Positions 34,005 through 46,533 of a DNA stretch of 64,000 bases are shown here, in pieces. The stretch comes from Convolutriloba macropyga. Its lineage: Eukaryota. Numbering within the stretch: the first letter of the stretch is position 1; the number at the start of each line of letters is the position of its first letter. Where the stretch lies: NCBI RefSeq assembly GCF_964194025.1, contig NC_134480.1, positions 36,952,001-37,016,000 of the forward strand, given 5' to 3'. The translations under genes and the position numbers were made by a program. The notes beneath the pieces were generated by a model that was not told the DNA's origin, ran no database searches, and was given only the letters and a program-made list of their open reading frames with translations.

Positions 34005-35291
34005 AAATTTATGTCAATCCAGATAAAAAGAGTATATGTATCTTTACTCCACTGACCTCCAAAGCGTTCTTAAGTTCTTGAACTCAACTTACGCTATTTG
34101 AATTATTTATGTTACATGTCTATTTTAAGAGTCAACTATAAGAAATGGGTCAAGTAAAAGACGAAGAATAGGGGTTTTGAATGGGAGAGTAATGTGAAAA
34201 TATTTTCATAAATTGTGCCGGGTTTCAAAACCACTCAGTCAAAATTCTTTTGGCGCCCAAGTTTTTTTGTCCCTAACGTTAGGATTATACCCTCAAGTTA
34301 TTATGAATTGCCAAAAAATGTTTTCAGAGGAAAATCAAAAAGAAAAAAGAACATATTTCATCCAAAATCAGAATCTAGTCCTAGACTGCTTTGAGGGTTT
34401 TTGTATCAATGATTTTCTTACTTAAGAAAAACTGACATTAATTATTTACTATCAGATGAAGTTTCAAACAACTAATTCAGACCTGCGATTCCTTTGAAGA
34501 TGATATTTTTTTTGTACCGCCTTTCGCTTTTTCGGTGCGATACTTTCAATGCGTTTTTTTTCTGGTCTTGACTTCTCGACTTTTTGTATTAATTTGCTCC
34601 TAATAAGAGTTATGAGAAGCTTAATTTAATTGGCGACAGTTTACTGCTAAAAGTCTACCGCAAAGTACGTCAAATTTTTGTTCATTTCAATCTTTAAAGC
34701 TCGATTTATGTGTTTTAGAATTTCCTCTAGTCAAATACTTGAATCCACCCCCTTGGGTATCCCCTCCTGCTCCTCCTGTTGACGCAATTCTTAATTGATC
34801 TCCAGCCCGCTGGATTTTTAAAGCATTTTGTCAACAATGAACCATAGTCAGTTATGTTTGTGTCCACGCCGACCGGTCAATTCGCCGACATGCAAGATAG
34901 CCGACACAATTATTAGGCGAAATTTAAACAAATATTATTTCTTGAAAAATGACTTTCATATTAATTACCCGCGCACTAAGCGAGTAAAGTAGCGTCTTTT
35001 AATTTTAAAACAAACATTAATTGCCTATACATATTAGAGAATGCAGCCGTGGTAGTGTGTCGACTAATGTTATCACTAATAAAACTCTCTGGTAAATATA
35101 ATGTTATAACTACCTGACAGCGGGTAGAACTGCTGTTTTGGTGAAGGCGTTTTTCGAGATGTGATCTATTGATGTCTGACAAAGAGGAACCAGATATGCG
35201 CTGCGCAGTACCCGTGTATACAGTTTAAAAGACTTAAGAAATGAGAAAATATTTTACCCACAGCTTGATTAGGTACTGAGATTTGAGTGAA

Positions 35292-35488
35292 TGTTACGAT
35301 TTACAATAGCCTTTGATACAATGACCTTCAATGCAATCCGAAATGAACCACGTGCTGAAACCAACTATTCATAATTTCAATCGATATTATCACATTCACT
35401 TGGTCTTTCGAGCTTGAGATTCTTAAGCATAAAGCGTTATAATAAAGCATTTCTAAGCAAGTGATTCAATTAATGTTGCACCGCAACA
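35292..35488 (+). repeat. BEL/Pao 5' LTR (197 bp)
   Basis: TGTTACGATTTACAATAGCC...TGTTGCACCGCAACA; matches 42510-42729 except for a ~22-bp deletion and a few substitutions. Confidence 0.95.
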
Positions 35489-36040
35489 TTTGGTCCGCCG
35501 ACAAATAGGTTAAGGATAAAATAGTCAAATCATTAGGCACCAAAAGCATTAACTCTCTCAAAAAATTCAGCAAAAAATCTAAAAGGGGAAACTTAAAGGG
35601 GAAGTTAAAAGCGGACCCCCCACTAGATAACACATCCCCCCTCATGTTATACAAGTTGATTAACTTGTATAACAAGGTTGATTAACCTAATTCTGAGACC
35701 CGGTAAAGTTATCTAGTGGGAGAACTATATCTCAAGGGTTACAAAACTTTTTGTGAAACTTCGGGGCAAACAATCTCTTTCTCAGTTCTCGCGGAGAACT
35801 AGAAATTTTTAGTTTAGGTTTGCTCCCCCGAAGTAATAGCACTAAGTTCGCGCGCAAAAATTGGTCGCATTTTTTGAAGGGGGATTAAGTGAAACCCGAT
35901 TTCCCATCTTTTGCGTTCTTTTAGTGTGTTTTTAGCTTTCAGCACAGCAAAATCCACGAAAAAGACAAACGAAACTAATACGAATAAAGACCAGCATCAA
36001 AGACACAAAAAAACGCCCTCAAAGGCAACAGCAAGTCAAA

Positions 36041-37240
36041 ATGTCCAATCTTGAAATGCAGAAACAGTCGCGGGGATCACACCGCAGCGTTGCTACAAGG
36101 TTTAACAATGAGGCTGAAAATATCCTGTCAAAAGATCTAGACACCATTTCAGAAGCGGACATCAACAGACTAAATCAGGTAGCGACACTTCTCACCCGAA
36201 AGCAGAATTTTCTGGTAACTTTGAACCAAGAACTTCAACAGAACTTGACGGAGGCGGAAGCACTGGACAATGACATTCTGGAGTCCGAGGAAGTTGATGA
36301 AAAGTTGACACAGAACATCGATGCAATCAAACGCTTCACGAAACGTTTTGAGGGACCTTCAACAGCAGCAGATACTTCAACGCCATCTATTTCAACGCTC
36401 TCCGAGGAACTCAGCCAACATCAAGTTACCAAAACTCAATCTGCCAGTTTTTTCGGGTAATTATATGGAATGGACTTCGTTCTTTGATTTGTTCAAAGGA
36501 GCAGTCATCGACAACAGTTCTCTTCAAGGAAGTCAGAAGTTGCAGTATCTGAAAGCATCTGTAAAAGGTGATGCCGCCAAACTGCTTGCCTCGATACCAG
36601 TTACCGATCACAATTTCGACATTGCTATGAATACTCTGATAAACAGATACGAGAACAAGAGGATCATCATTCGCACACACCTGCATTCAATTGTTTCATA
36701 TCGATCACTGACAACCGATAATGCCAGAAACTTAAGAAATTTAATTGAAGCAATGGACGAACATCGACTTGCCTTGCAGAATTTGGGAGAACCAGTCAAT
36801 AGTCAAGACATCTTTTTTGTTTACTTGATCAGTGAGAAGCTGCCTACAGAGACAAGAAAACAATGGGAGCTGTCTTCAAAAGGCAAAGAACCTCAAAGGT
36901 ATGCAGAGCTCAGGTTTTTCTTAGAAGAACGCGCACAAGCACTCGAGGCAGCTGCGCCAAATGGAGTAGGAGCGACAAAAACTCAAATGAACGGGAACCA
37001 ACGACATTTACACACACATTTGGCGACTTCCGAGCAACAATGCGAATGTTGTGCAGAAACGCACAAAATTTTCAAATGCGGAAAGTTCAAGAAACTTTCA
37101 GTAAGGGAACGTGCAGAGCTGATAAAGGATAAAGGTTAGAAAACTCTGTTTCAATTGTCTGCGACCGGGACACAGATCAGAAGATTGTGATGGATCGAAA
37201 TGCAAGCAATGTGGTAGAAAACATCATACTCTTCTTCATC
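36041..37240 (+). pseudogene. gag: BEL/Pao gag (DUF1759-type capsid region + three Cys/His knuckles), frameshifted
   Basis: KLPKLNLPVFSGNYMEWTSFFDLF, QKLQYLKASVKGDA, CECCAETHKIFKC, CFNCLRPGHRSEDC, CKQCGRKHHTLLH; frame breaks near 36400 and 37135. Confidence 0.9.
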
Positions 37241-37383
37241 GTGAAAACATTCACAACAAAAACACCAATCAGCAAACAACTAGCGGAACAAACAGCACTC
37301 AAGTAAATGACAAACAGAAGAAGAACGCTATAACAACAACAGCAATTGCAAAAGCTAAGGATGAAAACAAGTTCACAGGAGCT

Positions 37384-40300
37384 ATGACTCAACGAACTTC
37401 AGAAGAAGTCTTTCTTCAAAGCGCAATTGTTGCCGTTAATGTTCACGGCGAGACAATTTTACTTAGGGAACTTCTAGACTCAGCTTCACAAAACAACCTT
37501 ATAACCGAATCAGCAGTACAAAGGTTACAATTGAAGAAGAAAAGCAGCAACACAAAAGTTTTTGGACTAGGTGGGACGGTTCAAGACAACAAAGGTCGCG
37601 TGGACGTTCTTATCTCATCAAGGAACAGATCGTCCACTGTCAATATAAGTGCGTCAGTTTTGACAAAAATGACTGATAATCTGCCATCACGGTTCATTGA
37701 CACCAACCAATGGGAAACAGTAAAGGAGTTGGAGCTTGCTGACCCAGACTTCAACAAGCCGTCATCAATTGACCTCTTGATCGGAGCATCTCATTATGAA
37801 GATATAATGATTGGCGACAATCGACTAAAGGAGCCTAACTGTGGAATAACATATAGGCTATCAATGTTCGGTTGGGTCGTTATTGGAAGGGAACAGACAG
37901 ACAAAACCTATACAAACGATCTGCAGACTTTCTTTGTTTCTTCAGAGCCAGAAAATTTGCAGCGTTTTTGGGAAATAGAAGAAGTTCCAGCAGCGCAGCT
38001 TTGGACAGCCGAAGAAAAACGCTGCGATGATCACTTCAAGGAAACAACTAGAAGAAGCCCTGAAGGTCGCTTCATAGTGAAACTTCCCTTCAAGAAAGAG
38101 ACAAAAGCATTGGGAGATTCACTTCAACAAGCCAAAAAACGACTCCGCAGTCTTCTATTCAGATTGGAAAGACAACCCGACCTTTATAAGAGATACGCAG
38201 AATTCATTGGAGAGTTCTTTCATCTCGGACACATGGAGAAAGTTCCAACATCAGAACTTGTCAAGCCTGTCGAAAACTGCTACTGTCTTTGTCATCATTG
38301 TGTGTTCAAGGAGTCAAGCACTACCACCAAGCTGAGGGTCGTTTTCGACGGATCCGCAAAAACGACAACAGGAGTATCTCTCAACGACAGACTCATGGTC
38401 GGACCAAAAATTCAGAAAGACCTTTTCAGCATTCTTGTTCGATTTCGACTACACCAAGTAGCACTTTCTGCTGATATTGCAAAAATGTATAGGCAAGTGG
38501 AATTGGACAAGGAGGACAAAGATTATCACCGATTATTGTGGAAAGACCCAGATTCAGAGGCGATTGAAACCTTTCGTATGACTCGGGTAACATACGGCAT
38601 TGCTTCTTCGTCTTTTCATTCAATTCAACCACTGCAAGTTCTGGCCGAAGAAACAACAAACACTAAACTTCGTTTGTCACTAACAACTGATATGTATGTG
38701 GATGACCTACTTACAGGATGCGAAGATTCAAAAGCCGCAGAGAAGCTTGAGGACGCCATTATTACGCTTCTTGCTTCAGCAGGTTTTGATATACGGAAAT
38801 GGGTATCTAGCGACTCAAAACTTGTATCAAGACTAGCTGCCACTTTCAGAGAAACGGAAGACGAGAAGATAATTGAAAGCGAAGACTATGCCATTAGGAC
38901 GCTTGGGATAAGCTGGAATCCAAATCCTGATCAATTTGGTTTCACAGTAGAACTTGACAAGGGAGCTCCGTTTACTAAACGGCAAATCCTCTCAGAAGTT
39001 TCACATTTATTTGACCCACTCGGATGGCTATCACCAACGACTATTCAACATAAATCCTTTGTTCAACTGTTGTGGATGGACAAACTTAGCTGGGATCAAC
39101 CTTTATCGGACCCAATTCTACAGCAGTGCCTGCGACTTCGGGCACAACTGAAGGATCTTGAAAAAATTAGTCTTCAACGGAAGGTTCTCAAGCCAGCCAC
39201 GAAATCAGATTTGCAGTTGAACGTCTTTTGCGACGCTTCTACTACAGCTTATGCTGCTGTCGTTTTCATCAGACAGGAGACAGACAATTTCATTGAAACA
39301 AAAATGCTTACAGCAAAGACGAGATTTGCACCAATTAAATCAGTTTGTGTGCCAAGGTTGGAACTTTGTGCTGCTCTGCTAGGAGCTAAGCTTGTTGAGG
39401 CAGTGACAAATGCTATTAGCGATGAACGGTTTCCAACTCCGACGGTTTTTGCGTGGTCAGATTCTACAGTTACAATTGCCTGGCTACAAGATTATCCGAG
39501 GAAATGAAAAACATTTGTCGCCAACCGAGTAGCGAAAATACAAGAAATTATTCCAGCCAGTAGTTGGAAATATGTTCCAACAGAAGATAATCCAGCGGAT
39601 TGTGCTTCCAGAGGATTAGCAGCAGCTGATTTGATGAACCATAAGCTTTGGTGGGATGGACCAGAGTGGTTGCGGCAACCTGAAAACGCCTGGCCTTCAC
39701 TTGACATTTTGTCACCTACAGGAGAAGAGACCAAAGAAGAGGTAAAGGTGCAATCTGAAAACGTGACAATGATTTCATCAAAAGAAATAACGCAATTTTT
39801 TGATGATAAATAGGCATTCGTCAATACATAAAGTTACAAGGATATTTACCTATGTCCAAAAGTTCATCAGCAGTATCAGGAGAAGAATTCAATCTTCAAA
39901 AGCGAAACAACGGACAACAAAAATGTCAAACAGCATAAAAGCATGCTCTTCAACGCCAAACAAAAGGACTGATAGTAATGAGTCTACGTCCCAACCAATG
40001 ATCTGGACTTATAATTCAGTCTCTTTACAAGGGAAAGATTTATACGAAGGACGACTTCAACTGTGCAGCTTCATACAGCGAAACTTTCTTCATGAATACA
40101 AGATCATCACGAATCAGCCCAATGAAGGTGCAAACAACAGCAGCAGAGATGCGACAAAACAATACGTTCAGCAACGTATCAAATCCACTGGACCAGAGCG
40201 GGTTGGTGGTATTGGTAGGGCCGGGGGCCCAGGTGCTTACATCAACACCAGGATTGGCAAGGGCACTGGGATCTCTTTAGTTACCAATGGTCCTCAACAC

Positions 40301-42232
40301 TTAGGTGGGACCGGAGGCCCGGGATGTCTTGTCAGCGCCAAGGGCGCGAACGAAAATTGGAGCTCAAGTTCAGCCGGTACTCCTGAGGTTATAGGTAGGG
40401 CCGGGGGCCCAGGTAGTCTTAGTCTTGTCAGCGCTGGAAGCGCAGATGAAAGTTCGAGCTCTTTTTCTACTAGTTCACTAGGTATAGGTAGGGCCGGGGG
40501 CCCCGATAGTCTTGTCAGCACCGGGGGCGCAGGTGAAAATGCGAGCTCAGTTTCTACTAATTCCTTAGGTACAGGTAGGGCCGGGGGCCCTGGTAATCTT
40601 TTCAGCGCCGGGGGTGCAGATGATAATGTTTCTACTACCAATTTCTTAGGTATAGGTAGAGCCGGGGGCCCAGGTATTCTTGTCAGCGCCGGGGACGCAG
40701 GTGAAAATGCCAGCTCAGTTTCCATTACCAATTCCTTAGGTATAGGGAGGGCCGGGGGCCCAGGATGTCTTGACAGCCTAGAAGCTGTCGGGGTCTCAAG
40801 GGATGATGTCAGACATGGTATAGGTTGGGCCGGGGGCCCTGGGGATCAACTGTACATCGTGTCTACCGGGAATACAGACAATTATTCTAGCGAAACAGTA
40901 CATCAATTCAACAAAGATGACACCTGAGAAATAAAATGTTTCGTTAACGCCTATGCAGCAGCCACTAAAGGGAGACACAGAAGACGAAAATTTCCTAGAA
41001 GCAGCAGTCTCAACAGCCTTTCACCATTTTTTGATGAGGAAAATAAGGTGATTCGAGTTGGAGGACGCCTAGCCAATTCACCCTACACAATAGACCGAAA
41101 ATTTCCAGTTCTTATTCCAAGAAAATCGCCAATCACTGAAATGCTTATTCGAGAAGCACACGAGAAAAATCTTCACGGAGGACCTCAACTGACGTTATAC
41201 ACGCTTCGACGAAATATTTGGATATCTGGAGGGCTTTCTGTAGTGAAAGGTGTCTTATACAGATGCAAGCCATGTATCCGTTTTGATGCCAAATTGTTAC
41301 AGCCTCAGATGGGAGATCTACCTCGACCGTCCTTTGCGTTCAGTCACTGCGGACTCGACTATTGTGGACCGTTCTACACGGAAAATGGAACTCGAACGCT
41401 TTTGAAAACATACGTTGCAATTTTCATTTGCTTCAGTACGAAAGCAGTTCACATAGAGCCAGTTATGTCTCTGACCAAGGACGACTGTCTTGCAGCCATT
41501 AAAAGATTTGTGTCTCGTCGAGGTATTCCTGATGAAATATACAGCGACAACTCAACAACTTTCATTGGGACCAAGGGAGAGTTGGAGTTTTGACAAGCCT
41601 TAGCTACGCACGAGTTTGAAGATTTGATATCAACGTTCGGCAAGGAGAACAATATTACTTGGCTTACTATACCGCCGAGAACAACAAATTTTGGAGGACT
41701 ATGGGAGGCCGCTGTCAAACCTTTGGAACGCCACATGTACCGCAGCATTGGAAGAACAAAATTGTTTTTTGAAGACTTCACAACACTGTTGACACAAATT
41801 GAAGCAATCTTAAATTCAAGGCCTATTACGTCCGTTTCAAATGATCCCAATGATGCCTTAGCACTTACACCAGGACACTTTTTGATAGGACGACCAATCA
41901 CAGCATTGCCTGAACCAAAAACAACAGGAAAAGAAACAATTTTATTGACACGACAGAAGAAGAGGATGGACAATCTTATCAGAGACTTTTGGAAGAAGTG
42001 GTCAACAGAATATTTGTCAAATTTACAACAACGGAAAAGATGGCAAAAGGGACAACCAAATATTGACATCAATGATGTAGTAATAATCAAGGAAGAGAAC
42101 ACACCACCCACTCTGTGGCCAATGGGACGAATAACAAAGGTCTTTGATGGAAATGATAAAATAGTTCGAGTTGTTGAACTGAAGACATCATCTGGACTAT
42201 TTATACGACCAGTCAACAAGCTTGTCTTGTAA
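37384..42232 (+). pseudogene. pol: BEL/Pao pol: aspartic protease, RT, RNase H, integrase; several stops/frameshifts
   Basis: LLDSASQ (PR), KLRVVFDGS..SLND..GP, ADIAKMYRQ, YVDD (RT), FCDAS..AY, PRLELCAA, WSDS (RH), IRVGGRL, H..NLHGG, C..C, LDYCGP, YSDNSTTF, GGLWEAAVK, LTPGHFLIG (IN). Stops at 39505-39507 and 41591-41593. Confidence 0.93.
40200..40850 (+). repeat. Eight-copy in-frame minisatellite encoding G(I)GRAGGPG + Ser/Gly-rich spacers inside BEL pol
   Basis: GCCGGGGGCCC core (one variant) at 40220, 40310, 40400, 40493, 40580, 40661, 40751 and 40829; spacings 90, 90, 93, 87, 81, 90, 78. Confidence 0.92.
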
Positions 42233-42509
42233 ATGAAAGAGGATATTGACATGCCGTCATTAAGATCTGACAAAGAAAATGACAGAGATGAAGAATGAAC
42301 AACAGAGGATGCAGACGAGGAATGACATCAAGGAAATGTAAATTACAACTGTACAAAACTGACAAACAAGAACTGATTGAATTAAAGAAAGTATCAACAA
42401 ACTTGTAATAGGTTGCCGAGAAAAACTATTTACAACAATTGAACACTTAACCAGAAAGCCAGTTTCAATGATATATTAATAAAGTTGAACCAGTTCAAGG
42501 AGGCCGGTA

Positions 42510-42729
42510 TGTTACGATTTACAATAGCCTTTGATACAATGACCTTCAATGCAATCCGAGCAAGATGAGGAAAACAATGATAATTAACCACGTGCTGAAA
42601 CCAAATATTCATAATTTCAAACGATATTATCACATTCACTTGGTCTTTTCGAGCTTGAGATTCTTAAGCATAAAGCGTTATAATAAAGCATTTCTAAGCA
42701 AGTAATTCAATTAATGTTGCACCGCAACA
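42510..42729 (+). repeat. BEL/Pao 3' LTR (220 bp)
   Basis: Direct repeat of 35292-35488, preceded by AAGGAGGCCGGTA. Confidence 0.95.
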
Positions 42730-45700
42730 AATGGCAAAAGTGAAAGTTTGCTGAGTTGATTTTCATTTTGTTACAAGTCTGTTTTTACATTTGGTTATAA
42801 TTTTGTATCACTTGTTTCATCCAAATCCAAAAAAAATGTTGTCTCACTTTATTAAAAGTACACTGGCATTCACGTTTGGAACTATTTTGCTTGTCATAAA
42901 ATTTTCCGCAATACAAGGTCATGCATGACTCCCGGTAATTATACAAGGTCATAGGATTTCCCATTCAGTAATCGTATATGAACTCCTAGTTTCCATGCAA
43001 AGAACATGTTTGATTTTTTGATTCGATGTAAAGATCGTACGAGGAAATCCGGTACGATTTGTATGACATCAGATATGATCCTTGTACAAAACCTAGGAAG
43101 GGGCTAAAGAAAGTTGTTTCCGACAAATGCACTGACAAAAGCTGAATGTGTGTTAACAGAACTATTGTTGACCAAGAGTAATGTCTATATGTTTAATGGC
43201 GTGAAGGGCGTTTCTTAATCAAAAGTGTTTGACACCCTCAGTCACAGTCCCCCCTCAACACTCCCATTGCTCACCCTCACGCACCTGTCGATATGAAACC
43301 TTCTCTCATCTAGCCTTCGCAAGCCTGCACCTAATCGCTTGCCCCCCTTCCCCCCACGCACACACACAAACCAAAGCCTCCATGGTTGATGTTGCCTCCA
43401 TGATCAAACCAAAGCCTCCATGGTTGATGTTGCTGGCTCAGGGCAAACTAAAAATTTCATGAAAAGTTTCCAGAAAAATTCCTAGATATTTCCATTTTTA
43501 AGAAGGAAACAAAGCATTCATATGCATTTAATTGTAATGTTGACATTTTGTAAATGAATGGTAATAGTAAAAGTTTGCTGAGTTGATTTTCATTTTGTTA
43601 CAAGTATGTTTTTACATTTGGTTATAATTTTGTATCACTTGTTTCATCCAAATCCAAAAAAAATGTTGTCTCACTTTATTAAAAGTACACTGGCATTCAC
43701 GCTTGGAACTGCAGTTCTATTTTGCTTGTCATAAAATTTTCCGTAATACAAGGTCATGCATGACTCCCGGTAATTATACAAGGTCATAGGATTTCCCATT
43801 CAGTAATCGTATATGAACTCCTAGTTTCCATGCAAAGATCATGTTTGATTTTTTGATTCGATGTAAAGATCGTACGAGGAAATCCGGTATGATTTGTATG
43901 ACATCAGATATGATCCTTGTACAAAACCTAGGAAGGGGCTAAAGAAGGTTGTTTCCGACAAATGCACTGAAAAAAGCTGAATGTGTGTTAACAGAACTAT
44001 TGTTGACCAAGAGTAATGTCTATATGTTTAATGGCGTGAAGGGCGTTTCTTAATCAAAAGTGTTTGACACCCTCAGTCACAGCCCCCCCTCAACACTCCC
44101 TTTGCTCACCCTCACGCACCTGTCAATATGAAACCTTCTCTCATCTAGCCTTCGCAAGCCTACACCTAATCGCTTGCCCCCCCCCTTCCCCCCCACACAC
44201 ACACAAACCAAAGCCTCCATGGTTGATGTTGCCTCCATGATCAAACCAAAGCCTCCATGGTTGATGTTGCTGGCTCAGTGCAAACTAAAAATTTCATGAA
44301 AAGATTCCAGAAACATTCCTAGATATTTTCATTTTTAAGAAGGAAACAAAGCATGCATATGCATTTAATTGTAATTTTGACATTTTGTAAATGAATGGTA
44401 AAAGTAAAAGTTTGCTGAGTTGATTTTCATTTTGTTACAAGTATGTTTTTACTATTGGTTATAATTTTGTATCACTTGTTTCATCCAAATCCAAAAAAAA
44501 TGTTGTCTCACTTTATTAAAAGTACACTGGCATTCACGCTCGGAACTGCAGTCCTATTTTGCTTGTCATAAAATTTTCCGTAATACAAGGTCATGCATGA
44601 CTCCCGGTAATTATACAAGGTCATAGGATTTCCCATTCAGTAATCGTATATGAACTCCTAGTTTCCATGCAAAGATCATGTTTGATTTTTTGATTCGATG
44701 TAAAGATCGTACGAGGAAATCCGGTATGATTTGTATGACATCAGATATGATCCTTGTACAAAACCTAGGAAGGGGCTAAAGAAGGTTTTTTCCGACAAAT
44801 GCACTGACAAAAGCTGAATGTGTGTTAACAGAACTATTGTTGAACAAGAGTAATGTCTATATGTTTAATGGCGTGAAGGGCGTTTCTTAATCAAAAGTGT
44901 TTGACACCCTCAGTCACAGTCCCCCCTCAACACTCCCATTGCTCACCCTCACGCACCTGTCGATATGAAACCTTCTCTCATCTAGCCTTCGCAAGCCTAC
45001 ACCTAATCGCTTGCCCCCCTTCCCCCCACGCACACACACAAACCAAAGCCTCCATGGTTGATGTTGCCTCCATGATCAAACCAAAGCCTCCATGGTTGAT
45101 GTTGCTGGCTCAGGGCAAACTAAAAATTTCATGAAAAGTTTCCAGAAAAATTCCTAGATATTTTCATTTTTAAGAAGGAAACAAAGCATTCATATGCATT
45201 TAATTGTAATTTTGACATTTTGTAAATGAATGGTAATAGTAAAAGTTTGCTGAGTTGATTTTCATTTTGTTACAAGTGTGTTTTTACATTTGGTTATAAT
45301 TTTGTATCACTTGTTTCATCCAAATCCAAAAAAAATGTTGTCTCACTTTATTAAAAGTACACTGGCATTCACGCTTGGAACTGCAGTCCTATTTTGCTTG
45401 TCATAAAATTTTCCGTAATACAAGGTCATGCATGACTCCCGGTAATTGTACAAGGTCATAGGATTTCCCATTCAGTAATCGTATAAGAACTCCTAGTTTC
45501 CATGCAAAGATCATGTTTGATTTTTTGATTCGATGTAAAGATCGTACGAGGAAATCCGGTATGATTTGTATGACATCAGATATGATCCTCGTACAAAACC
45601 TAGGAAGGGGCTAAAGAAGGTTGTTTCCGACAAATGCACTGACAAAAGCTGAATGTGTGTTAACAGAACTATTGTTGACCAAGAGTAATGTCTATATGTT

Positions 45701-46533
45701 TAATGGCGTGAAGGGCGTTTCTTAATCAAAAGTGTTTGACACCCTCAGTCAAAGTCCCCCCTCAACACTCCCATTGCTCACCCTCACGCACCTGTCGATA
45801 TGAAACCTTCTCTCATCTAGCCTTCGCAAGCCTACACCTAATCGCTTGCCCCACTTCCCCCCACACACACACAAACCAAAGCCTCCAAGGTTGATGTTGC
45901 CTCCATGATCAAACCAAAGCCTCCATGGTTGATGTTGCTGGCTCAGTGCAAACTAAAAATTTCATGAAAAGATTCCAGAAACATTCCTAGATATTTTCAT
46001 TTTTAAGAAGGAAACAAAGCATGCATATGCATTTAATTGTAATTTTGACATTGTGTAAATGAATGGTAAAAGTAAAAGTTTGCTGAGTTGATTTTCATTT
46101 TGTTACAAGTATGTTTTCACATTTGGTTATAATTTTGTATCACTTGTTTCATCCAAATCCAAAAAAAATGTTGTCTCACTTTATTAAAAGTACACTGGCA
46201 TTCACGCTTGGAACTTCAGTCCTATTTTGCTTGTCATAAAATTTTCCGTAATACAAGGTTATGCATGACTCCCGGTAATTATACAAGGTCATAGGATTTC
46301 CCATTCAGTAATCGTATATGAACTCCTAGTTTTCATGCAAAGATCATGTTTGATTTTTTGATTCGATGTAAAGATCGTACGAGGAAATCCGGTATGATTT
46401 GTATGACATCAGATTTGATCCTTGTACAAAACCTAGGAAGGGGCTAAAGAAGGTTGTTTCCTACAAATGCACTGAAAAAAGCTGAATGTGTGTTAACAGA
46501 ACTATTGTTGATCAAGAGTAATGTCTATATGTT
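42730..46533. repeat. ~835-bp tandem array, 4 full units + a partial fifth, with alternating (dimeric) variants
   Basis: GTTTGCTGAG at 42746, 43573, 44410, 45245 and 46078 (spacing 827, 837, 835, 833). Confidence 0.95.

Larger units (their letters stand above)
35292..42729 (+). mobile_element. Full-length BEL/Pao LTR retrotransposon, decayed
   Basis: Paired TGTT..AACA LTRs, PBS-like TGGTCC after the 5' LTR, purine tract AAGGAGG before the 3' LTR, gag-PR-RT-RH-IN order. Confidence 0.95.

Noticed and set aside
40200-40850. Conserved repeat with variable spacers, superficially CRISPR-like
   Set aside because: Spacers are homologous to each other, unit lengths are codon multiples inside a retrotransposon ORF, there are no cas genes and the context is eukaryotic.
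41449-42273. 274-aa minus-strand ORF
   Set aside because: Antisense shadow of the BEL integrase.
43229-45134. Two identical 77-aa ORFs in the 835-bp array
   Set aside because: TTG starts, broken by indels in units 2 and 4, no protein motifs.
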